Source: Longimicrobiales bacterium
GTDB taxonomy: Bacteria > Gemmatimonadota > Gemmatimonadetes > Longimicrobiales > Gaopeijiaceae
Length of the DNA: 64,000 bases
Direction of reading: 5' to 3'
Assembly (NCBI GenBank): GCA_965238005.1
Contig: OZ250165.1
Coordinates: 3,488,001-3,552,000, forward strand
The notes under the pieces are model-generated. The model was not told where the DNA came from, searched no databases, and saw only the letters and a program-made list of their open reading frames with translations. Shown in pieces: positions 30,146 to 40,179 of the stretch. How positions within the stretch are numbered: position 1 is the stretch's first letter; every line of letters starts with the position of its first letter. Made by a program: the position numbers and the translations under genes.

Positions 30146-31293
30146 ATGACCGGGTCGTTCGACATGGCGACGATTCAAAGGGGAGCACGGCTTCGGAGGT
30201 CGCCCTACTTCAACGCGACTCTGAGACAGGGCTGCCAGGCGTATACCGTCTACAACCACATGTTTCTTCCGACTCGCTACGACGATCTCGAGGCGGAATA
30301 CTGGAAGCTCCGAAACGGAGTGACGGTGTGGGACGTGAGCGTCGAGCGGCAAACCGAGATCACTGGCCCGGACGGCTTCGCCTTCACGAACCTGCTCACG
30401 CCCCGCGACCTGACGAAGTGCGAGGTAGGCCAGGGCAAGTACGTGGTCATCACGGCGGAGGACGGAGGGATCGTGAACGACCCGGTCCTGCTGCGCCTGG
30501 CGGAGAACCACTTCTGGCTCGCCGCGGCGGACAGCGACCTCCTGTTGTGGCCAAGGGCGTCGCCTACAACTCAGGCATGGACGTGGAGATCCGGGAGCCG
30601 GATGTGTCACCCATGCAGGTCCAGGGGCCCAAGTCGAAGGACGTGGTCCAGGCGCTTTTCGGAGACGAGGTCCTCGGCCTCAAGTACTACTACTTCCTCG
30701 AGACCGAGCTCGACGGGATGCCCGTGGTCGTCACGCGCACAGGGTGGAGCGGCGAAGTGGGATACGAGATCTACCTCAGAGACGGAAGCCGGGGAGAGGA
30801 GCTCTGGGACCGGGTCATGAGCGCGGGCGAGCCATACGACATCGCCGCCACCGGTCCCTCGGACATCCGCAGGATAGAGGCGGGCATCCTCAACTACGGC
30901 ATCGACATGACGCTGGACACCAACCCCTACGAAGTAGGCCTGGACTGGCTCGTGGACCTGGAGCAGGAAGCCGACTTCGTTGGTAAGGCCGCGCTCCCCG
31001 AGATCATGATGCGCGGCGTGGACAGGAAGCTGGTGGGTGTGGAGATCTCCGGCGAGCCCCTGGACCTGAACATGACCGCCTGGGAGGTGACTTACGATGG
31101 CGATTACGCCGGGGAGATCACCTCGGCCGTCTACTCACCCCGGCTGGAAAAGAACATCGGGTACGCCATGCTGTCCTTGGAGCTCACCCAGGAGGGCACG
31201 ACCGTGACGGTAGACGGGCCTTCGGGCGAGGTGGGGGCCGCGGTGGTGCCCAAGCCGTTCGTGGATCCTACGAAGGAGATTCCCAAGTCGTAG
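30146..31293 (+). CDS. GcvT-family aminomethyltransferase, DmdA-like; -1 frameshift near 30550
   Basis: RLRRSPY, YTVYNHM, WDVSVERQ.EI.GPD, NDPVLLRL, RTGWSGEVGYE. One extra G restores LLWAKG. Confidence 0.85.
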
Positions 31294-31323
31294 TGGGGGG
31301 GAGCGTTCCGTGTCAGGGGAGCG

Positions 31324-31770
31324 TTGGAGAGGGTGCCCTTCGACAAGGCGGAGTGGACACCACACGAGAAGTCCATGACGCTGGGTCGCCTGGCCGGTCA
31401 CATAGCGGAGATGCCGGGCTGGGGAGCGGCCGTGCTCACGACGGAGGAGTACGACATGAACCCCGTGGACGGTGAAGGCTACCAACCCCCTGAGCCGCAG
31501 TCGCTGGACGACATCCTTTCGACCTTCGATGCCGGCGTGTCCGCCGTGGAGGCCACTCTGCCGGGCATGTCCGACGAGGCACTGGGCGTCCACTGGAGCT
31601 TGAAGTCGGGTGGCGAGGAGATCATGGGTGCTCCCCGAGGTACGTTCCTTCGGGACATGATCACGAGCCACGTCATCCACCATCGTGCGCAGCTCGGCGT
31701 CTACCTCAGGCTCCTAGACGTACCGGTCCCGGGGATGTACGGACCCTCAGCCGACGAACACGAGCAGTAG
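31324..31770 (+). CDS. DinB family protein, apparently missing its first helix
   Basis: PHEKSMTLGRLAGHIAE, HVIHHRAQLGVYLR, VPGMYGPSADE; TTG start. Confidence 0.78.
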   Translation: MERVPFDKAEWTPHEKSMTLGRLAGHIAEMPGWGAAVLTTEEYDMNPVDGEGYQPPEPQSLDDILSTFDAGVSAVEATLPGMSDEALGVHWSLKSGGEEIMGAPRGTFLRDMITSHVIHHRAQLGVYLRLLDVPVPGMYGPSADEHEQ

Positions 31771-32176
31771 TCACGTAGAACCCTCTCCACGGTAGCGACC
31801 GCGCGCACCCAGAGGCGTAGGGCACCCCGTAGTCTCCTTGGTGAGCCAGTAGGTGCCGTCGCTCCTGAGCGCGGCTCCGTCCACATGGACGGGGGCCGCG
31901 TTCCTAGCCGCCCGATGCGCCCCATCGGCGTCCGCCGTAGGATCGGCCACACGGTGCCGAGTTGAGCACTTATTTCCAGCTTCGCACCGGACCGAAGAGG
32001 CCAAATCGCCCGATCCGGGCCGGATTCCAGGCCGTTCGGGCCCCCGGACCCCACGGTTCGTGGCACGAGCCTTGCGATCATTAGGTCCTAAGCTCTCCGA
32101 GGGGTGTGCAAGAAAACGGCCTCCGAACGTCCCCTTCCGAGACAGCAGCAAGACGAATCATGACCTGGAGAAAACG

Positions 32177-32782
32177 GTGCGTAAGATCTATCTACTCGGA
32201 CTGCTTTACGTTGGCTTGAGCTTGGCGTACCTCATGAGGACCCGGGAGCCTGTGGCCATCCCCGACGATCCTCCCGTCACGGTCACCATCCAGGTCCAGC
32301 CCGACGTCGATCCCGTCGTCGATCCCGATGACGCAGTGGCCTGGTTCCACTCCATGAAGGCCTACTGCAACCCGGTGGAGGTGGAGACCCGGCTCACCTG
32401 GAGCCCCGCACCTCGATCCGCCGATGGCACCGCGTACGAGGCCGCGTGCCTCGCGCTGGCCGGACGCGTCGACACGGCACGGGAGCTGATTCTCGAGCTG
32501 CCCGAGGAGCTACGGTGGCACGCGGCCGGAGTGGTCTTCAACGTCGGACATCCTGTCGCCGATGCCGGGGACGACCTGGCCGCCGGCCCCATCATGGAAC
32601 TCGTGGTGGAGTTCTGGCCCAACCACTACATGGCTCTCTATCACGCCGGTGCCGCCCGCTACGAACTGGGCGATCATGGACCCGCCCATGAGTACCTGGT
32701 GCGCTTCCTCGAGCACTACGATCCCGACGACGGCTGGCGTCGGAGCGCCCTGAGCATGATCGCGGAGATCGAGGCTCTATGA
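32177..32782 (+). CDS. Hypothetical membrane-anchored TPR-like protein
   Basis: GGAG RBS plus GTG; N-terminal TM helix; C-terminal PNHYMALYHAG..A..YL TPR-like unit. Confidence 0.7.
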   Translation: MRKIYLLGLLYVGLSLAYLMRTREPVAIPDDPPVTVTIQVQPDVDPVVDPDDAVAWFHSMKAYCNPVEVETRLTWSPAPRSADGTAYEAACLALAGRVDTARELILELPEELRWHAAGVVFNVGHPVADAGDDLAAGPIMELVVEFWPNHYMALYHAGAARYELGDHGPAHEYLVRFLEHYDPDDGWRRSALSMIAEIEAL

Positions 32783-33771
32783 AGAAGTTGACGTTTCCGG
32801 CAGGCGAGATCGGATCCTGCGTGCTCTGCAACGGCCCCGACCCCCTCGACCTTGCGGTCTGCCTGGATTGCGCGAGTCGCACGGGTGACGGTCTCGTGTT
32901 CGTGCGCCAATCCATCCGGAAGGCCGAGCGCGCGAAGGTGGTCGAGCGTCTGCACGGAATCCTGCCTCCGGGGGTCGAGTGGGAGGCGTTCGATCTGGCA
33001 GCCAAGGGCTATTTGCCGCTGGCTTCGGTGCCTCTCACCGCCGCCGAGCAGGTTCTCGGGGCCTTCGCCCACGAGAACGTGCCCGCCCACGTGATTCCGA
33101 AGCACTGGGGAGTGGCTCCAATTCCGCCCGCCCTGGGTCTTCTGCTCGTGTCCATGCTGATAGCGGCCTCCCTGGTAGGTCTCCTTTCGGGTCACCTGTT
33201 CTTCCTCGGGAGCCCCCTCTACGCAGGCCTTCTCTGGATCCTGGCCCAACTCCATCTCCGGAGACCAGCCGCATGCGAGGGTAGGAGCGATCCTTGGCTC
33301 CCCCGCGACGTCGAGGAGCGGTTAGTGACCGCCCTCGTGAGCTTGCCGGTAGGGACCACGCGCACTCTCCTTTCGGATGCCGTCCGCCTCGGACGTCTCC
33401 TGTGGGAGAGAGCGGCGGTGACCGGAGACGTCGACATCGTAAAGGACACATCCCAGCTCCTGGCCCTCGCCGCCGACGCCGCGACGGATCTGGGGCGGGT
33501 CGAAGAGGCCGGCCGGGTGCTGGCGAGCCAGAGGGCCGAAGGCGCGGCGGCCCACGTCACCCGCACCGAGGCCCTGGACGCCATCGAAGTGTCTCGTCAG
33601 CGACTCCACGACCTCCTCCTCGACGCCGTTCGGGCCATGGGCGGCGCCAATCAACGGCTGCCCGAATCCGGAGGCCAGGGTGCCGAGCTGGCTCGCCTGG
33701 CCGACGCCATCGAGACCAGTCGAGTGGCCCAGGTCGGAGCCGTCGCCGAGGTGAAGCAGCTGCTGGCGTAG
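32779..33771 (+). CDS. Hypothetical protein with CxxC-CxxC, two TM helices and a helical C-terminus
   Basis: CVLC..CLDC; hydrophobic hairpin; ATGA overlap with the upstream gene. Confidence 0.68.
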   Translation: MKKLTFPAGEIGSCVLCNGPDPLDLAVCLDCASRTGDGLVFVRQSIRKAERAKVVERLHGILPPGVEWEAFDLAAKGYLPLASVPLTAAEQVLGAFAHENVPAHVIPKHWGVAPIPPALGLLLVSMLIAASLVGLLSGHLFFLGSPLYAGLLWILAQLHLRRPAACEGRSDPWLPRDVEERLVTALVSLPVGTTRTLLSDAVRLGRLLWERAAVTGDVDIVKDTSQLLALAADAATDLGRVEEAGRVLASQRAEGAAAHVTRTEALDAIEVSRQRLHDLLLDAVRAMGGANQRLPESGGQGAELARLADAIETSRVAQVGAVAEVKQLLA

Positions 33772-34081
33772 CCCCCTTACACCCCCGCCTCAGCCTTCCC
33801 GGGGGTGCAGGACTCCTCGATGCCCATCCGGGTTCGCCCTTCGTCGGACCCTGCAGCCCCTCAGATTCTTGCGGCGCCGGATAGCGCACAGCCACTCCAT
33901 GGCAGACTTGGGCCGGCCATCAGTTGACAATCTGGCGCGACCGCCCAACTCCTAGGACCATACGAGTGGGATCTTCGAGAGGAAGAGGGAATGACACGCT
34001 TATCCACGGGCGACCTTCTCACGCGAGAGAACTTCCGCACTTGCTACACGGAGCTGCTCCGGCGTGCCATGGCGTACCGGG

Positions 34082-35374
34082 GTGGCTGAGTCGCCGCGGG
34101 AGGATGGCACGGGGGGGGGACACCCGAACCGCCCGGCAGGTCGCGACGAACCCCGCACGCTCTGGGCCCGCTATCGCGGGCTCTCCCTGGGCTCGAAGAT
34201 CCTGCTCTACATGGTGTTGGGTGGGATCGTGGGCATGGCGTTGGGCGAGCGAGCGGCCGTGGTGCAGCCCCTCGGAACCCTGTTCATCCGGCTGCTGATC
34301 ATGGCGGCCATCCCCCTGGTCTTCTTCAACCTCCTGGCCGGCATCACGAGCCTGGTCGATCTCAAGACGCTGGGGCGGCTGGCTACGAAGATCCTCTCAT
34401 ACTACGTCCTGACGACCATCCTGGCGCTCGTCTTCGGGCTCACGTCCATGCATCTGCTAAGGCCGGGGCTCGGGATGACGCTCACTGAAGAGCCCGATGC
34501 GTCGGTGGGAGCGGTGCCCGGTTTGGCCGACGTGATTCTGGATCTGTTCCCGGAGAACGCGTTCGAGGCCTTTGCCACCGGGAACGTCTCTCAGATCGTG
34601 GTCTTCGCCCTTTTCCTGGGAATCGCCACAGTCCTCCTTCCGGAGGAGCGCCGCGGACCACTGCGCTCGGGATTCAGCCTGCTGGCCGAGCTCCTCAGGA
34701 AGCTGGTAGACGTCATCATGTGGTTCGGGCCCATCGGCATCGGGGCTCTGGCCGCGGCGACGCTGGGCCAGTACGGATCACCGATTTTCGGTCCCCTGGC
34801 CGTCTTTATCGGCGGAATGTGGCTGGCCCATGTGGCCATGGTGGTGGTGTATATGACGCTCCTCACTGTGCTGACGCCCCATTCCCCGGTGGGCTTCCTG
34901 AAGCAGACCGGTACCTTGTGGGCCACGACCATCGCGACGTGCAGCAGCCTGGCCAGTCTCGCTGTGGCCTTCGAAGTGGCGGAAGATCACCTGAAGCTCC
35001 CTCGGCGGATCTACTCGTTCACCTTGCCGTTGGGGGCACAGCTCAACAAGGACGGCACCTCGATCATGCTGGCGGGCGTCCTCCTCTTTACCGCACAGGC
35101 GGCGGGAGTGGAGTTCGATCTCTCCTCGCAGATCAGCATCATCCTCGTCGGGCTGATCCTCTCGGAGGGCTCGGGTGGGATTCCGGCTGGGGGCTTGGTG
35201 ACCGCCCTCATCTTCGTCCAAGCGTTCGGCCTACCGCTGGAGATCGCCGCCATCGTGGCGGGCATCTACCGGCTCATCGACATGGGGAACACGACCGTCA
35301 ACGTCATGGGGGACATGGTGGGAACCGCAATCGTATCTCACTCCGAGCGACATCGTGCAGAGGCGCCGGCATGA
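34082..35374 (+). CDS. Dicarboxylate/amino acid:cation symporter (DAACS)
   Basis: FIRLLIMAAIPLVF, TCSSLASL, LPLGAQLNKDGT, TTVNVMGD. The start is approximate. Confidence 0.92.
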   Translation: MAESPREDGTGGGHPNRPAGRDEPRTLWARYRGLSLGSKILLYMVLGGIVGMALGERAAVVQPLGTLFIRLLIMAAIPLVFFNLLAGITSLVDLKTLGRLATKILSYYVLTTILALVFGLTSMHLLRPGLGMTLTEEPDASVGAVPGLADVILDLFPENAFEAFATGNVSQIVVFALFLGIATVLLPEERRGPLRSGFSLLAELLRKLVDVIMWFGPIGIGALAAATLGQYGSPIFGPLAVFIGGMWLAHVAMVVVYMTLLTVLTPHSPVGFLKQTGTLWATTIATCSSLASLAVAFEVAEDHLKLPRRIYSFTLPLGAQLNKDGTSIMLAGVLLFTAQAAGVEFDLSSQISIILVGLILSEGSGGIPAGGLVTALIFVQAFGLPLEIAAIVAGIYRLIDMGNTTVNVMGDMVGTAIVSHSERHRAEAPA

Positions 35375-36556
35375 GCGACGATCTCTTCGCCGACTTCCGG
35401 TCCAACTTTCCGGGCACTGGGGACGGGGTCTTCACCAACGTGGCCCAGCGGGGGCTCATGCCTGTTCAGGTGCGGGACGCGATCACGGAGTATCTGGACA
35501 GGCGGACCGGACTGGACTGGAGCAAGGAGGAGTCCTTCGACCTCGTGGAGCGCACCCGCGTCACCTTCGCGAAGATGGTGAACGCCCACCCGGACGAGAT
35601 CGCGTTCGCCAAGAACGTCTCGGACGGGCTGAACATGATCGCCGGAGGCATGCGCTGGCAGACCGGAGACAACATGGTCCTGTGCCCCGAGCTCGAGCAT
35701 CCGGCCAACGTGTATCCCTGGTACAACGCGGCCCGACGACATGGTATCGAGGTGCGCGCGGTGCCTCCGGACGCCGGACGGGTGAACCTCGACACGCTCA
35801 TGGCGGCGGTGGATGAGCGCACGCGGCTGGTGTCCGTCTCGACGGTGACCTTCTCGCCCGGATTCGTGACGGACGTCCCTGCCCTGTCGGCGGCGTGCGC
35901 GGAGCGGGGTGTTCGAATCGTCGTGGACGCCGCCCAATCCATCGGCATCCTGCACACGGACGTGGAGCAGCTCGGCATCGACGCCCTCGCCGTGGCCACA
36001 CAGAAAGGACTGCTCTCGTGCTACGGGATGGGCTTTCTCTACTGCCGAAGGAAGTTCGCCGAAGAGCTGGAGCCCGCCGCCCTGGCCCGCTTCAGCGTGA
36101 CCTTCGACGAGGGCGCCCACGAAACAGCTCTCACGGGGGAGAACTTCACGTACGCCCTGGCTGCTAGGCGCTTCGACGGAGGCAACTACAACTACCTGGG
36201 GATCGCGGCGGTGAAAGCGGCCCTGGACCTGCTGAACCAGCTCGGCACCCCGGCCATCGATACGTATGTTCGCGAACTAGGTATACGTATGGCCGAGGGA
36301 TTCCTGGAGGTGGGGCTGCCCGTCTGCGGAGGGTCACCCGGGCCCCATCTCGGCAACATCGTAGCCCTGGGCGAGATTGGGGGGGGGCCGGCACTACACG
36401 GCGGACGACCCGGCCCTGAACACTCTTCACGACGTGCTGACGCGTGAGGGGGTCCACCTCTCCATCCGGAAGGGCGTGCTGCGGTTCTCCCTCCACGCAT
36501 ACAACAACGAGGAGGACGTCGACCGGATCCTGGAGATCGCGAGGATGGGGGGGTAG
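35371..36556 (+). CDS. Class V PLP-dependent aminotransferase/C-S lyase-like enzyme; frameshift in the G9 run near 36380
   Basis: LEHPAN, VDAAQSIG, ATQKGLL. After the G run another frame gives LRFSLHAYNNEEDVDR-stop. ATGA-coupled to the symporter. Confidence 0.82.
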
Positions 36557-36562
36557 GAGGAG

Positions 36563-37000
36563 CTACCTACCGAAGGCCACCTCGAAGCGCTCGATTAGCA
36601 CGATGGCCGCGGCATCTGTGCCGTCCTCTCCCTGATCGCCTGCCGCATTCGTGACGGTGAAGAGCCCGAAGTCTCTCCCCGGTGCCAGCCACAGTCGGGC
36701 GAACCACCTCCCGTTGCTCCCGTTGTGAGTCAGGGCCCCACCACCAATCCATGACTGTTCCACCAGGGCCCAACCCTGGGCGTACGCAGTGCCCGGAGCA
36801 GCTGTATCTGGCGCACCATCACGCCGGCGAGAGCCGGCAAACCGTGCGCCTCCCGCACGAACTCCAGAGCTTCGGCCAGTGTGCCGTCGCCGGCTCGTCC
36901 CGAATCGTCGGGAACGACAGGGTCACTTCCGCACGCCAGAAGGAGGGCACAGAGGAGGAGCGCCAGGAGGCGAGCCGGCCTTGGCAGCGTTGCTATTCCT
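36563..37000 (-). pseudogene. Serine hydrolase (beta-lactamase-like) lipoprotein collapsed by deletion
   Basis: Lipobox LLACG and REAHGLPALAG joined to YAQGW..LTHNGSNGRW..TN; the SxxK core is absent. Confidence 0.75.
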
Positions 37001-37097
37001 CGTCGTCGCGCCTGACCCACGCCTAACGGCGCGGGTACCCCGGATCCGGCGCCTCGGCACTCTCGGTGGCTCGCGAACTTCTGTAACACCACACTAG

Positions 37098-38698
37098 GAG
37101 TCTGCGCCGCAGAACCCTGCGGCGGCTATCTTTGGTGGTAGCGAAGGCATTGGGAAGGCTTGCGGATCACCGAGGGGGGTGAATGGGAACGACATTTCGA
37201 CCGTACGATCCGGAGCAGATGTTGTTGCTGCCTCCGGATCTTCGGGAGTGGGTGTCGGAGGGTCATTTGGCGCACCATGTGAGCGACCTGGTGGACGCGG
37301 TGGAGCTGAGCGCGTTCTACGGGCGGTACCGGGGGGACGGGCGGCGCAACTCGCCGTACGACCCTCGGATGATGGTCAAGGTGCTGATCTACGCGTATGC
37401 GACGGGCACCTTCTCGTCGCGGAAGATGGCGAGGAAGCTGGAGGAGGATGTCGCGTTTCGGATGCTGGCGGCGGAGAACTTCCCGAAGCACCGGACGCTG
37501 TGCGAGTTCCGCAAGCGCCATCTCGGGGATTTCCGGGCGGTGTTTGTGGAGGTGGTGATGCTCGCGCGGGCCTTGGGGCTGGCGGGGCTTGGCAGGGTGT
37601 CGGTGGACGGGACGAAGGTTCGGGCGAACGCGAACAAGCGCAAGGCGATGAGCTACGGCCGGATGGTGACCGGGGAGCCTCGGCTGGAGGCGGAGATCCG
37701 GGGGCTGTTGGAGAGGGCCGAGGCGGTGGACGAAGCGGAAGACGAGCGCTACGGCGAGGAAGCATGCGGAGACGAGGTGCCGGAGGAGCTCAAGCGGCGC
37801 GAGGACCGGCTGGCGGCGATCCGGGAGGCGAAGGCGCGCCTGGAAGCCGAGCAGAGAGCGGCGGACGACGCACGGGGCCGCAAGCCGGGGCAGACGCGCA
37901 ACCCGAAGGGCGGCAGGCCCTACAAGCGGGAGTACGGAGAGCCGGACGAGGCGGCGCAGAGCAACTTCACGGACCCTGAGAGCCGGATCATGAAGACGAG
38001 TTCGGAGGGGTTCCAGCAGTGCTACAACGCACAGACGGTCGTGGAGGGGGAGAACCAGCTGGTGGTCGGGGCCGAGGTGACGGACAACGCGAGCGACCAG
38101 GGCCAGCTGGTGCCCATGGTCGACGCGGTGGCGCAAGCGTACGGCGAGACGCCGGCGCAGGTGCTGGCGGACACGGGCTATTGCAACGAGCGGGATCTCG
38201 AGGAACTGGAAGAGCGAGACATCGACGGGTATGTGGCGCTGGCCCGGGAGGGCAAGGCCGCCCCCACGGTTGACAAGGAGGAATATCCGGCGAAAGTCCG
38301 CATGGCGGAGAAGCTGGCGAGCGAAGATGGCCGCAGACGCTACGCACGGCGAAAGTCGCAGGCCGAGGCGCCCATCGGCTGGATCAAGGAAGTGATGGGC
38401 TTTCGACGATTCAGCTTCCGGGGCCTCGAGAAGGTCCGGGCCGAGTGGACCCTCGTGTGCCTGGCACTCAATGTGAAGCGGCTGCACACCCTTCAGGCGG
38501 CATGACTGCACGAGGGTTCACCCGCATCTGCCGGCGCGAGGGCTCTCGTAGCTCTCTTGCCCCCCCAACGCATCCATTCCGCTCTCCCGATCCGTCGCAG
38601 ACACAAGTCCTCAACCTCCCAATCACCCGGATCCGCCTCGCCGCGGACGGCTCGATGACCATTCGGCTCAGTCAGCTGTGCTTCTGCGGCGCAGACTC
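37098..38698 (+). mobile_element. Complete IS1182-family insertion sequence (1601 bp)
   Basis: Perfect 17-bp terminal inverted repeats GAGTCTGCGCCGCAGAA (37098-37114 and 38682-38698); CTAG on both flanks. Confidence 0.93.
37183..38505 (+). CDS. IS1182-family DDE transposase
   Basis: YDPRMMVKVLIYAY..SSRK, VDGTKVRANA, NFTDPESRIMK, YNAQ, LADTGY, FRRFSFRG. Confidence 0.95.
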   Translation: MGTTFRPYDPEQMLLLPPDLREWVSEGHLAHHVSDLVDAVELSAFYGRYRGDGRRNSPYDPRMMVKVLIYAYATGTFSSRKMARKLEEDVAFRMLAAENFPKHRTLCEFRKRHLGDFRAVFVEVVMLARALGLAGLGRVSVDGTKVRANANKRKAMSYGRMVTGEPRLEAEIRGLLERAEAVDEAEDERYGEEACGDEVPEELKRREDRLAAIREAKARLEAEQRAADDARGRKPGQTRNPKGGRPYKREYGEPDEAAQSNFTDPESRIMKTSSEGFQQCYNAQTVVEGENQLVVGAEVTDNASDQGQLVPMVDAVAQAYGETPAQVLADTGYCNERDLEELEERDIDGYVALAREGKAAPTVDKEEYPAKVRMAEKLASEDGRRRYARRKSQAEAPIGWIKEVMGFRRFSFRGLEKVRAEWTLVCLALNVKRLHTLQAA

Positions 38699-40021
38699 CT
38701 AGCTGGCGTTCTCGATCTCGTGGGCGACGCGCTGGACTTCGTCCAGCACTCTGAGGATGTTGCCGCTCCAGAGCATGCCGATCTCCTCTTCCGTGTATCC
38801 TCTCCGGACCAGCTCGAGGGTCACGTTGAAGGTCTCCGCGGCAGAGTTCCAACCGGTGACCCCGCCGCCTCCGTCGAAGTCCGAGCTGATCCCCACATGC
38901 TCCAGGCCGATGAGCTCCACCAGGTAGTCGATGTGGTTGACGAAGTCCGCCACATCCACGGGCGGTGCAACGGCGTTGACCTCGGCCTCTTCTCTGGGGG
39001 TCGCCAGCTCACGAACCTCGGCCATCTTCGCCTCGTAGGCGTCCCTCTCCTCCGGGCTCATCCCTCGGCGCGCGCCCCGATCGAGGAGCTCGAAGCCCAG
39101 CCCTTCCGCGAGCTCGGCGTAGAGCGCGTCCTGCGCCTCGCGATGCGCGGCGTTCTTCTCCGGGTTGACGTAGCTGCGGAAAGCGACGGTCTGCACCACC
39201 CCGCCATTCTCTTTCAGCGCCAAGAGCTGCTCGTCGTCCAGGTTGCGGCTGACGTCACCGAGAGCCCGGGCAGCGGAGTGGGAAGCCATGACGGGGGCCC
39301 GGGACAGCTCGAGCATCTCCATGATGGCCGGCTTGGACGGGTGTGAGATATCGATCATGATGCCCCACCTGTTCATCTCCGCCACGGCCTGGCGACCGAG
39401 GTTACTCAGCCCGTTGTACAGCCAAACGCCGTCTCTCTCACCCGTGTTGGAGTCGGAGAACTGGCTGTGCCCATTGTGGGCCAGGGACATGTAGCGGCCA
39501 CCAAGCTCCTGGAACTTCCGGATGTTGTCGAGCTCCAGGCCGACCTGATACGCGTTCTCGATGGCTATCATGGCTACCTTCTTGCCGGAAGCCGCAATTC
39601 TCCGGACGTCGTCCGAGGTATACGCGATCTCGATGCGATCGGGAGCCTTTTCCTCGGCGAGCCAGTGGATGGCATTGAACTTGTCCATCGCCGCCTGGTG
39701 GGCCTGAGCATAACCCTCGTCGGTCAGCGGGCCCTGGCCCACGAACACCACGGGCCATGTCACGTCCAATCCGCCCTCCTCCATCTTGGGGAGGTTGACC
39801 TGCGTGGACAGGTCCATGGTGTAGTTTCGCTCCTCCGTGAAGTTGGCGAGGCTGATGTCGTTATGGGTGTCGAGGGTGATGACGCGGTCGTGGATGCCCC
39901 TGGCCCGCTCGATCAGCTCCGCCTCGGACTCCTGACTCGAGTCGGCCGTACCGCACGATACGAGCGCGAGCATCGAGCAAAGGAGCGCCAGCCTGGGGAG
40001 GTGCCTCTTCGTATTCATCAT
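38699..40021 (-). CDS. Membrane dipeptidase (peptidase M19) lipoprotein
   Basis: Lipobox LVSC; DTHND, IEN, DISH, ASHS, SSDFDGGG. Confidence 0.92.
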   Translation of the reverse strand: MMNTKRHLPRLALLCSMLALVSCGTADSSQESEAELIERARGIHDRVITLDTHNDISLANFTEERNYTMDLSTQVNLPKMEEGGLDVTWPVVFVGQGPLTDEGYAQAHQAAMDKFNAIHWLAEEKAPDRIEIAYTSDDVRRIAASGKKVAMIAIENAYQVGLELDNIRKFQELGGRYMSLAHNGHSQFSDSNTGERDGVWLYNGLSNLGRQAVAEMNRWGIMIDISHPSKPAIMEMLELSRAPVMASHSAARALGDVSRNLDDEQLLALKENGGVVQTVAFRSYVNPEKNAAHREAQDALYAELAEGLGFELLDRGARRGMSPEERDAYEAKMAEVRELATPREEAEVNAVAPPVDVADFVNHIDYLVELIGLEHVGISSDFDGGGGVTGWNSAAETFNVTLELVRRGYTEEEIGMLWSGNILRVLDEVQRVAHEIENAS

Positions 40022-40179
40022 GGTTCCTGCCGGGTGTGGTCGTGGCGCACACCGGATGGCCCCACTCCCCTGACCGCCCCGTGACGTCGCTGGTACGGCG
40101 AGGAGTGCGTGCCGTGTCGGTTTTTCGAGATGAGATTGTACATGTTGATGATCACGGACGCGAGTCGGCTGGCCTACCC

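Noticed and set aside
32081..32091. TTAGGTCCTAA palindrome as a second DtxR box
   Set aside because: The arm spacing differs from the 48388 site and it is short enough to arise by chance.
37021..37090. GCCTAAC as an integron attC inverse core
   Set aside because: No matching GTTRRRY core at a suitable distance and no integron integrase or cassette array.
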